Source: Minisyncoccota bacterium
GTDB taxonomy: Bacteria > Patescibacteriota > Minisyncoccia > Phycocordibacterales > XYD1-FULL-46-19
Direction: 5' to 3'
DNA: 50,911 nt
NCBI GenBank assembly: GCA_041664425.1
Contig: JBAYKU010000004.1
Location: 1 to 50,911, forward strand
This document shows, in pieces, positions 16,744 to 24,439 of this stretch. Under the pieces are notes generated by a model that saw only the letters and a list, made by a program, of their open reading frames with translations, searched no databases and was not told where the DNA came from. Within the stretch, counting starts at the first letter, position 1; each line of letters begins with the position of its first letter. The translations under genes were made by a program, and so were the position numbers.

Positions 16744-17767
16744 CTATTTGATTATATCTACTGGATTAAAGTACGTCCAGAGGATAGAACAACCTCCTGC
16801 GCAAATGTCATATTGTGAACAATGCTGACATTTCTCGCTTGGGTAACAAGCTAGCTTGTCGTAAATTTCAACTACAGACTTTCTGGTAAAAAAGTTGGTG
16901 AACTCTTCTGGTGTTAAAAAATCTTTTCCATACTTCCCTATCGGATAAGGAAAAAGATGATTACAAACCAGGAGAGAACCATCTGTATCAAAAACAACAC
17001 CAGATCTTTTTGATAAATGGCAGCCTGTTTGTATTTGTTTACGATCAATCATATCCCTGATGAAGTGTTTGTTCCACAAACACAGAGGATAGCTACATCG
17101 TAAATAAATTTTTCCTTGTAGTATTTTTTCTGCTTGGAATAGCTGATTTGAGATGTTTTTGATCATCTCACCCAGTTCTTCCCAAGTGTAATCAGATGAC
17201 CATTGACCCTTGGAAAAAATTGGAGTGTAGAGACTGATATTCAGACTTGCTACTCCTAGCGTAGTGGCTGTTGTCGCCAATTGTTTTAGGTCACAGTCAT
17301 TTGGATGGCAGACAAAGGCTAGTCCAGAACCCTTAATAGATAAGGCTTTCCTTAGTCCAGATAAATAGCGGTGCCAGTCAATATTACATCCTACATCTTC
17401 GAATTTTTCTTCACTCGAAGCTTTAATAGAAACTCCAACGCTACTGTTAGACTGTTTTTTTATATGTGTCGAGAAACTCGTCAGATAGAAAACGCAGACC
17501 ATTTGTAACAATTGTGCTACTGACTCTGTTGTTGATGTAACTATTAAAATCAGATAGATGTGGCCAAATAGTTGGCTCTCCTCCAAAAATTGCTAATTGT
17601 TTGGCACCTGAATCAATAATTAAATCGGCGATAGCACAGGCCAGAGGCAAATCCATTTCATCTGGTTTAGTTAAACAAGCGTCTTTGGAATAGCACCACC
17701 GACAGCCAAGGTTGCAAGCCCTGTTTACAGTCAAACACACTATTTTGGGTTTAACAGGAGGAAGCAT
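16744..17767 (-). pseudogene. radical SAM / SPASM-domain peptide maturase, split into two overlapping ORFs (17447..17767 and 16744..17586) by a frameshift at an A7 run (17455..17461)
   Basis: The N-terminal ORF has CNLGCRWC (CX3CX2C). The C-terminal ORF has the SPASM pattern C...DGSLLVC (GX4C) and CQHCSQYDICAGGC (CX2CX5CX3C). Removing one A from the run joins ...LDTYKK to QSNSS..., giving ~340 aa. Confidence 0.8.
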
Positions 17768-17846
17768 TTCGATTTTCCTTTCAAAGATCTATTCTTCCTC
17801 TGGAACCATTCCGGAGAAAATCTAATTAAAACATAACACTTTCGAC

Positions 17847-17902
17847 TTTGTTGTCTATAGCAAACAAAACAAAATTAAAACAGACCTAAAATAGCCTTAA
17901 TT
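17847..17902. repeat. copy B of the ~56-bp intergenic repeat, extended by a perfect palindrome CCTAAAATAGCCTTAATTAAGGCTATTTTAGG
   Basis: See copy A. It lies between the NDT-like gene and the radical SAM gene. Confidence 0.7.
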
Positions 17903-17935
17903 AAGGCTATTTTAGGTAAAAGGCTGGGAATTTTG

Positions 17936-18394
17936 TTAAATTTGTTGTCTTACTGCAACAGAATTTTTATCTTTAAAGGACTTAAATATAGATAACTGAT
18001 TATTTAAGATGATTGGATTCATCGCTTTAATTTCGTGAAAATAATAACGTATTTTGGGTACTGGATTTACAAGATAAATTGGTTTTTTTAGAATATGTGC
18101 AAAGCCTATTTCTAAGAAAGCATTGCCTCCTATGTAGTTTTTTATTTTGTTTTTATCGTAATTAGCAATGATTATACAGTCTGCCTCAACAATATGATTA
18201 TAATGTTTCCTTATGTAATCATATTTTATCTTTAATTTATAAGTGTCGACGTAACCTTTAGAAATTATTTTTTTCAATTGTTCATTGGTGGATGGATCAG
18301 GTAAAATAACTTTATTTCCCATAGAAATTAGCCTCTCCTTTATTGTAACCATTTTAGAATAGTTTGTCATTGACCCACAAATGACTATATTCAT
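17936..18394 (-). CDS. small Rossmann-like protein, possibly nucleoside 2-deoxyribosyltransferase-like (NDT/SLOG-type fold)
   Basis: Starts MNIVICGSM. The segment NYIGGNAFLEIGFAHILKKPIYLV resembles the ...G...E.G.A...KP... signature of NDT-like proteins. This is a weak, motif-only call. Confidence 0.3.
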   Translation of the reverse strand: MNIVICGSMTNYSKMVTIKERLISMGNKVILPDPSTNEQLKKIISKGYVDTYKLKIKYDYIRKHYNHIVEADCIIIANYDKNKIKNYIGGNAFLEIGFAHILKKPIYLVNPVPKIRYYFHEIKAMNPIILNNQLSIFKSFKDKNSVAVRQQI

Positions 18395-18403
18395 AACTTC
18401 ATT

Positions 18404-18802
18404 TTAGAAAAACTTTTTTATTAATTCATCCATACAGTTCAGAACAAATTTGGCATCTTTTATTGCATCGATAGCTACGTCTTTATTGTATCCTTCCTCC
18501 TGGTGAAGGGCTGGACCTCTTTTTCTTGATAAATCTATAGAAATTTCTTCAATTTTTTCTGCATCAAATCCAATATCAAAACCTTTCATTTTCAAAACCC
18601 TCATCAATAGTGGTGCCTGATCGTGGCTTTTGGGATAATGTATTCCAAGTAATGCTAGAACGGCGGTAAGTTCTAATTCCACCGCTTCTTGTGATCTTCT
18701 TATGCTCATATTCCAAATTTCTCTTTCAAAAGAGCCTTCGGCGTGTTGAATACATTCTATTGATGCCCTCATTAACAATTGTGATCTTTGCAAATTATTC
18801 AT
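18404..18802 (-). CDS. HEPN-domain protein (putative toxin partner of the upstream nucleotidyltransferase)
   Basis: A 132-aa all-helical protein placed 6 nt downstream of an MNT-type gene, which is the classical MNT-HEPN arrangement. The domain call rests on context plus general resemblance. Confidence 0.5.
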   Translation of the reverse strand: MNNLQRSQLLMRASIECIQHAEGSFEREIWNMSIRRSQEAVELELTAVLALLGIHYPKSHDQAPLLMRVLKMKGFDIGFDAEKIEEISIDLSRKRGPALHQEEGYNKDVAIDAIKDAKFVLNCMDELIKKFF

Positions 18803-18808
18803 ATGATT

Positions 18809-19696
18809 TTAAAAATTTTTTGGTAACACCCAACACCACTTGCCGCTTGGTAAAGTTGATTTTTTACTGTTGGTATTTTTTATTTTGTCCTTTATATCTT
18901 CTAAAAATTTTTTACCAATATTTTGATTATCATCAAAAATTATTCCGTGATCTGATATGTCTAAAAATAACCATAGGAAGCTGTTTAAATGTTTACTACT
19001 CAAAAAAACAGGGTATATCTCTGGGTAGATACTTTTTTTTGAAAGATCTAAGTAGGTTTTTTGTCGTCGAGAATTTTTTATTATTTGGATAAATTTATTG
19101 TTGATATTTTTACGACTTATTTTTTCTTCATCAAAGATAATTAGCAAATCAATATCACTTGATCCCCTTGCTTCTCCGCGAGCAACTGAACCAAACAATA
19201 TAATAGATAAGACCTTGCCCTCGCATTCCTTGTTTACTTTTTGTTTGAATTCCTCTAAAAAATTATTATAGTCATCTACCCCCAAGGCCACAGGTTCGTT
19301 CTCCGATTGGAGAGATGCTAAAAAATTATTTATCAAATTTATATCGATTAGGTCCTTATCTCTTCTTACTAATTTTTTATAATAAAGAACTTCTTCTAAT
19401 TTTACGAATGGTAAACCTTTAATCTTTTCTGCTTCGTTTATCATCTGATTGATATCTTTATTTGTGGGCGCAAACCACCAATTTGAAATTTTAATTGATC
19501 CAATTCTAATAAAACCCTCACTATCCAGTGGATTTGTCTTTAAAAGTTCTATCCAAAGTCTGTCAGTTACAATTACGTCAATATTTGGAGCTTCTCTAAT
19601 ACCTCGTATTGCCATTACCGCACTACCAAATATTGCGAATTCGTTTTGAGGAAAATTCTGTTGCCTTATATCTTTAATCAAATCATTAATTTCCAT
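18809..19696 (-). CDS. minimal nucleotidyltransferase (MNT) family protein with two NTase-like segments
   Basis: Has the canonical GSxxRG...DxD signature ILFGSVARGEARGSSDIDLLIIF. A second, degenerate copy lies near the N-terminus: FAIFGSAVMAIRGIREAPNIDVIV. Confidence 0.7.
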   Translation of the reverse strand: MEINDLIKDIRQQNFPQNEFAIFGSAVMAIRGIREAPNIDVIVTDRLWIELLKTNPLDSEGFIRIGSIKISNWWFAPTNKDINQMINEAEKIKGLPFVKLEEVLYYKKLVRRDKDLIDINLINNFLASLQSENEPVALGVDDYNNFLEEFKQKVNKECEGKVLSIILFGSVARGEARGSSDIDLLIIFDEEKISRKNINNKFIQIIKNSRRQKTYLDLSKKSIYPEIYPVFLSSKHLNSFLWLFLDISDHGIIFDDNQNIGKKFLEDIKDKIKNTNSKKSTLPSGKWCWVLPKNF

Positions 19697-19723
19697 GATA
19701 TAAAAAGATTAAAGCTAAAAAAT

Positions 19724-19782
19724 TTTGTTGTGAATATCCAACAAAACGAGTCAAAAAAGGCCTCTAAATAAGGCTTAAATTA
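19724..19782. repeat. copy C (degenerate) of the intergenic repeat
   Basis: Shares TTTGTTGT..AACAAAA and CCT.TAAATAAGGCTTAAATT blocks with copies A and B. It is clearly weaker, roughly two thirds of positions by eye. Confidence 0.4.
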
Positions 19783-19854
19783 AGAAGATATAGACAGAAG
19801 CGGTAAATTATGTTAAATTTGTCTAATAGCAACAACAAATTAAATAATAAAACT

Positions 19855-20631
19855 ATGCCTATTATCTCCAATAACCTGCTGGTTAAAAATCTCGTCGAAT
19901 ACGGCCTCAGTGACAAGGAAGCCAAGATGTACCTGGCCCTGCTCGAGCTGGAAGTCGGCACCGTTAATGAGGCGGCCAAAGCTGCTGGGGTCAACCGCAG
20001 TTCCGCCTATGTCGTCCTCGAATCGCTCAAAGAGAAGGGTTTAATCAGCGTGGCTGGTGATAAAAAAATTCAACATTATATAGCCACTTCTCCCGAAGCT
20101 CTCCTCTACTCGGCTGAAAGTCGAGCCCAAGCACAAGAAAGCATCAAAAATAAAATTGCTGACATTGTGCCAGAGTTGAAAGCTTTGCATAAAGATACCA
20201 AGCAGAAGCCCAAAGTTTATGTTTTTGAAGGAATGAATGGTCTCATGGCAAGTTTTCAATCTTCTTTAAAAAATAAAGAAAAATTTATGAGATCTTTTTC
20301 TTCGGCAGAAAAAATACCAGATGCAATGGCTGAATATATAAGAAGGAGAACCCAATTGGGTATAAAAATGCGTGGAATTTATCTTGACAACAAACAATCT
20401 TTTAATTTAATAAAAATGTTACCTAAAACAGATGAATTTGTTGTTATTCCAAACAGTAAATATACCTTTGATTCTAATTTAGCTATTTACGATGATAAAA
20501 TTGGGTATATCTCTCCACAAAATGGAGGCTATTCAATTATTATTGAAAATCAAGATATGGCAGATATATTGAAAATAATCTTTGACCTGGCTTTTAGTGG
20601 ATCTAAAGGACTCAGTAAAAAACGTGTATAA
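19855..20631 (+). CDS. TrmB-family transcriptional regulator (start moved to MPIISNN)
   Basis: The N-terminal winged HTH LVEYGLSDKEAKMYLALLELEVGTVNEAAKAAGVNRSSAYVVLESLKEKGLI is typical of TrmB-type regulators. Confidence 0.7.
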   Translation: MPIISNNLLVKNLVEYGLSDKEAKMYLALLELEVGTVNEAAKAAGVNRSSAYVVLESLKEKGLISVAGDKKIQHYIATSPEALLYSAESRAQAQESIKNKIADIVPELKALHKDTKQKPKVYVFEGMNGLMASFQSSLKNKEKFMRSFSSAEKIPDAMAEYIRRRTQLGIKMRGIYLDNKQSFNLIKMLPKTDEFVVIPNSKYTFDSNLAIYDDKIGYISPQNGGYSIIIENQDMADILKIIFDLAFSGSKGLSKKRV

Positions 20632-20647
20632 AGATAAAAATATTTAG

Positions 20648-22189
20648 TTACTTTATTACCCAGCGTTGTTTTCCTTTAAGACAGAAATATTTTTCGTGAT
20701 TGCATGTCCAAAAAATGATTTTGGGTTTTGCTCGATTTCCCAAATTTCTATATAATTCTCTGAATTCTGAGTTTTTATTTATAAGGTTTTCTACAACAGT
20801 TTTTAAAATTGTTTTTTTGAGATTGGTATCTTTTTTACTACCATTTTTGAGTTCAACATTTATTTCTAAATACTGATTTTGTTTGGCGTCGTTCTTTGTC
20901 AGCATGGTGAATTTACCAGTAACTCGATCTTTTATTTCTGAGTGAGAAACAAGTACTTCCTTGACATGTTCTGGGTAAACATTTAATCCATAAAGAGTTG
21001 TTGATAGGTCAGCTCTTTCGTATACAAATACAAACGGTAAATTCATATTAGTCTCACTGATTTTAGCTTCTTTGATTTCTTTATCTAAATTTATACCAAG
21101 TTCTTTTAATTTGGTTTTGATATCAGCCAAAGTAAAAATCCCTCCGTTGTCTTTTAAATCATAACGAACCAATGGGATACCGCTAAAAGCTGAACAAATG
21201 ATTTTTCCCTTGTCGTGCTCAAAATAGAACATTTCAGGTAGATATTGAGCCAGGGTTGGGACTTTCATGTTTTGACCAAAGATTGATTCAAAAATTTTTG
21301 AGTCACGCATGGCGATGCGACGAATGAGGACAGACAACGGCGTTTCATGAGCGATAGTTCCCTGGTCGACGGTGCCGTAGTGATTCAGGGTAAGAGAGTA
21401 TATATTTTTCAAACCAATACGCTCGGCAATGTAGTCACGAAATTTTTCGCTAAAAGCTTCAGCCGAGAAAATAATTCTGAGATTATAATCGGACCATTTT
21501 ATCCCTTGCTCAATACCAGCATCAATCACATCTTTTACAAAAGGTGGATACCCCCCCAAGATCACCTGGTCATAATTTGGCCCAAGATTAAGAATTGATT
21601 TAATTATTTCTTGTTTGTTAATACCGGGAGTAATAATGCTTAAATTGTAGTGCCCTCTTTCGGCAACGTTTTTAACCGCTTGATAAGTAAAAAGACCACC
21701 AATCCAAGCCCCCATAGCAAAACCATCAACATAGAGAGTGGTTTTTTTGTCGATTTGAAAATTGTTGAGTAGATACATCTCGGCTGTAACAGAATACTGT
21801 TTATCCTGAAGATTGCCTCGAGGGAAGTAAAAAGGTTCGCCAGTCGAGCCGGAGGTTGAGGAATAGACATGCCAACCATGAGAAATATTTCCATCCCAAC
21901 AAAGATCAGCTAAAGGATATTCACGTAAATAATTATCTTTATTGATGACAGGAATTTTTTCAAAATCAGCAACAGTCTTAATTTTGGTTGGATTTATATC
22001 GTGTTTTTTTAGAAAGTTTTTGTAGGCTGGTACACGCTTAGCCATCATGTGAAAAAGTTCCAGGGCCATTTCTTCACCACGACCAATCCAAAATTTTTCT
22101 GGTTTAGTCTTAAGTTTTTCCAGTAATTTTACTGGATTATTATATTCCTTAGATAAATCTGCTATTTTTGGATTGGGTTTAAAATACAT
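20648..22189 (-). CDS. adenylate-forming enzyme of the phenylacetate-CoA ligase / coenzyme F390 synthetase (PaaK/CapK-like) family
   Basis: Contains YSSTSGSTGEPFYFPR (an AMP-binding P-loop-like motif of this family). Length is 513 aa. Confidence 0.65.
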   Translation of the reverse strand: MYFKPNPKIADLSKEYNNPVKLLEKLKTKPEKFWIGRGEEMALELFHMMAKRVPAYKNFLKKHDINPTKIKTVADFEKIPVINKDNYLREYPLADLCWDGNISHGWHVYSSTSGSTGEPFYFPRGNLQDKQYSVTAEMYLLNNFQIDKKTTLYVDGFAMGAWIGGLFTYQAVKNVAERGHYNLSIITPGINKQEIIKSILNLGPNYDQVILGGYPPFVKDVIDAGIEQGIKWSDYNLRIIFSAEAFSEKFRDYIAERIGLKNIYSLTLNHYGTVDQGTIAHETPLSVLIRRIAMRDSKIFESIFGQNMKVPTLAQYLPEMFYFEHDKGKIICSAFSGIPLVRYDLKDNGGIFTLADIKTKLKELGINLDKEIKEAKISETNMNLPFVFVYERADLSTTLYGLNVYPEHVKEVLVSHSEIKDRVTGKFTMLTKNDAKQNQYLEINVELKNGSKKDTNLKKTILKTVVENLINKNSEFRELYRNLGNRAKPKIIFWTCNHEKYFCLKGKQRWVIK

Positions 22190-22198
22190 AATCTGATT

Positions 22199-23260
22199 TT
22201 AAAACTTCGGCAAATTGATGTACTCCCGGACGAAGAAAGTTTTATTATCCCCCACAGCAATCTGTTTAATGGCATAAGTCGCCACTACTCCACCTAAAAT
22301 CGCGGCGCTACCGAGCTGGGACCATGACACAAGTTCCTTTTTCATCACTCGGCCAACTGAGGCAATCATTTTGGGGTCAACTTGGTGCATACCACCGACT
22401 ATGTCATTGATAATGATGTCGCCGGCTAATTCTTTGCCCATGGGACCAGATAATTTTTGTTGCCAATAAGCTTCATCTTTTTCAAAAATTTTGTCATAAC
22501 CGAGGTCATATCTTTCGATATGGAGGACGACACCATCGCCGTTGTCGGTAATCATGACTACTGGCACTTTGTATTTGAGAGCGAGCTTGCGAGTTTCAAT
22601 CTTCATCGTCATCTCATCAATCTCCTCGATAATACAGTCTATTTCCTTGTTAGCCAGTAATTTTTCTAAATTCTCAACGTTAATTCCCTGATCGAAAGTG
22701 GTGACTTCGGCGTAGGGGTTGTCTTCGTAGATATGTCTAGCGGCAATGGTGGTTTTATTTAGTCCGATTTGGTGGGTACCGGCGAGAATGCGATTCAAAT
22801 TGGTCGTATCGAGTTCATCAAAATCGGCAATGGCGATTTTGTTGGAGATGCCAGCTTGAGTTAAAACAAAAGCGATATTACTGCCGACACTCATACCAAA
22901 AACGCCGATCTTAAAATTCCGGAGAATTTCTTGCTCGGCGCTAGTAATCAAATCTTGATTACGATTGGTTTTCAAAGTCAAAAAGTCGTTGATCTGGGCA
23001 CATTTGACGATAGTTTGATTCCAGGGATAGAAAATATAATTAAAATGGTCTTTTTTGGTCTCGCAATATTTTTTAAAATCCTCAGTCTGGTAGGCAGTTT
23101 CTTTGTCAGTGCCAATATATTGTTTGTTATCAATAAAGAAAAGCTCTTTTAATTGACGCTCGAAAGCATCGATGTATTGAAAATTGATCAGCTTCTCTTT
23201 GAGCGAGGCTAGCTCGGCTTCATCCTTGAAAATAGTCGGTTTGACTTCTTGATTTATCAT
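22199..23260 (-). CDS. ThiF/MoeB/E1-like adenylyltransferase with a ~110-aa N-terminal extension (start set at the first ATG; the track uses an upstream TTG at 23296)
   Basis: Has the nucleotide-binding loop IGVFGMSVGSNIA and IADFDELDTTNLNRI (the D.D....NLNR signature of the E1 superfamily). The gap to the PaaK-like gene is 9 nt. Confidence 0.7.
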   Translation of the reverse strand: MINQEVKPTIFKDEAELASLKEKLINFQYIDAFERQLKELFFIDNKQYIGTDKETAYQTEDFKKYCETKKDHFNYIFYPWNQTIVKCAQINDFLTLKTNRNQDLITSAEQEILRNFKIGVFGMSVGSNIAFVLTQAGISNKIAIADFDELDTTNLNRILAGTHQIGLNKTTIAARHIYEDNPYAEVTTFDQGINVENLEKLLANKEIDCIIEEIDEMTMKIETRKLALKYKVPVVMITDNGDGVVLHIERYDLGYDKIFEKDEAYWQQKLSGPMGKELAGDIIINDIVGGMHQVDPKMIASVGRVMKKELVSWSQLGSAAILGGVVATYAIKQIAVGDNKTFFVREYINLPKF

Positions 23261-23339
23261 TGCTATTATTGTAACATAATAATTAATAATTGGCAAGCCG
23301 TAGCGCCATTTTGAGATCTTGTTCCCCTAGCGATATGTC

Positions 23340-23368
23340 TTACCTAAAATTTTACCTTAGTCTATAAT
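23340..23368 (+). promoter_or_regulatory. promoter TTACCT-N17-TATAAT ending 7 nt before the aminotransferase ATG (leaderless or near-leaderless)
   Basis: Read directly: ttacct aaaattttaccttagtc tataat aaaagca ATG. Confidence 0.4.
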
Positions 23369-23375
23369 AAAAGCA

Positions 23376-24437
23376 ATGAAAACAAACCTAAAGACAGTCA
23401 AAAATGATTTTAAAAAAGTAACTTCGTCTAAATCGGAAATTTTACTTTTGGATTTAAATGAAAAAACTGTCGCCCCACCGGCTGGCTTGGTTCAATTTTT
23501 GAAGAAAGCCTCAGCCAGCGCTCCCGCTTATGCTCGGGTGGCGCAATTATTAAAATTGAAAGAAAAAATCGCCAAATACAACAAAGTCTCAATCGAAAAT
23601 GTGGTAGTTTTTCCTGGTTCATTTAATGCTCTGATTACTACCTTTTCCCTGATCAATGGACCCAAGGGCGAGACCCTATCTCCTGCCCCCACCTTCCCTT
23701 TTTATGAAGGTTACGAAAAATTTAAGCAAATTAAGGTTAAAAAGATTGTTGTTAAAAATCCGGAAAAAGTAGCAGAGGAAATAATTCCGGCAATTTCAAA
23801 AACAGTCGCTTCTGTCTATCTCGTTAATCCTGGCAACCCTTTTGGTGAGCTTTTTTCGGCTAAAGAAATTGAAAAAATAATTTTGGCGCTAGCTAAAGAA
23901 AATAAGTATGTAGTGATTGATGAAGCCTATGCTGAATATGCCGATCAAACTATCGCTTCTTGGATTAAAAAATATGACAATTTGATTGTGATCAAAACTT
24001 TTTCTAAGGCTTTTGGTTTGTCTGGTTTGCGTTTGGGCTATGTTTTGGCCAATCCTGACCTGGTGGTAAAACTAGAAAATCTCCGCGGACCATCATATAC
24101 CTTGAGTGGCTTGTCGATTCAGGCTGGCATCTGGTCCTTGGATAATCTCGAAGTAGTTAAAAAATACGTTAAGCAAATTTCTGAGGCCAAAAAAGACTTG
24201 GTGGAGTTTTTGGGCGCAATGAATGTGAAATTTAAACCTAGTCAGGCCAACTTTATTGCTATCAAGGTGAATGATTCGGCTCTAACTACCAAAAAACTGG
24301 CCCAAGCTGGCATTTTGGTCAAAAATCTCAGTGGCTATCCTGATGGCGGTGAACTGACAAAAAACTGGATTCGGATCACTATGCCAGCTTTGAAAGATAT
24401 GTCTCGTTTGAAGTCGGCACTTAAAAAAGCTATTTAA
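23376..24437 (+). CDS. class I/II PLP-dependent aminotransferase (histidinol-phosphate aminotransferase-like)
   Basis: Has the PLP-lysine motif TFSKAFGLSGLRLGY and the VIDEAYAEY segment. Length is 353 aa. Confidence 0.75.
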   Translation: MKTNLKTVKNDFKKVTSSKSEILLLDLNEKTVAPPAGLVQFLKKASASAPAYARVAQLLKLKEKIAKYNKVSIENVVVFPGSFNALITTFSLINGPKGETLSPAPTFPFYEGYEKFKQIKVKKIVVKNPEKVAEEIIPAISKTVASVYLVNPGNPFGELFSAKEIEKIILALAKENKYVVIDEAYAEYADQTIASWIKKYDNLIVIKTFSKAFGLSGLRLGYVLANPDLVVKLENLRGPSYTLSGLSIQAGIWSLDNLEVVKKYVKQISEAKKDLVEFLGAMNVKFKPSQANFIAIKVNDSALTTKKLAQAGILVKNLSGYPDGGELTKNWIRITMPALKDMSRLKSALKKAI

Positions 24438-24439
24438 CG

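Noticed and set aside
16582-16818. 78-aa plus-strand ORF overlapping the Cys-rich peptide locus.
   Set aside because: It is antisense to the SD-preceded 40-aa peptide and to the end of the radical SAM gene. It has no SD and includes the terminator hairpin. Judged spurious.
23283-23309. 8-codon ORF MALRLANY* just upstream of the ThiF-like gene; considered as a microcin-C-like heptapeptide-type precursor.
   Set aside because: ORFs this short occur by chance, the SD is poor, and the peptide does not end in Asn as MccA-type substrates do. It is worth a comparative check only.
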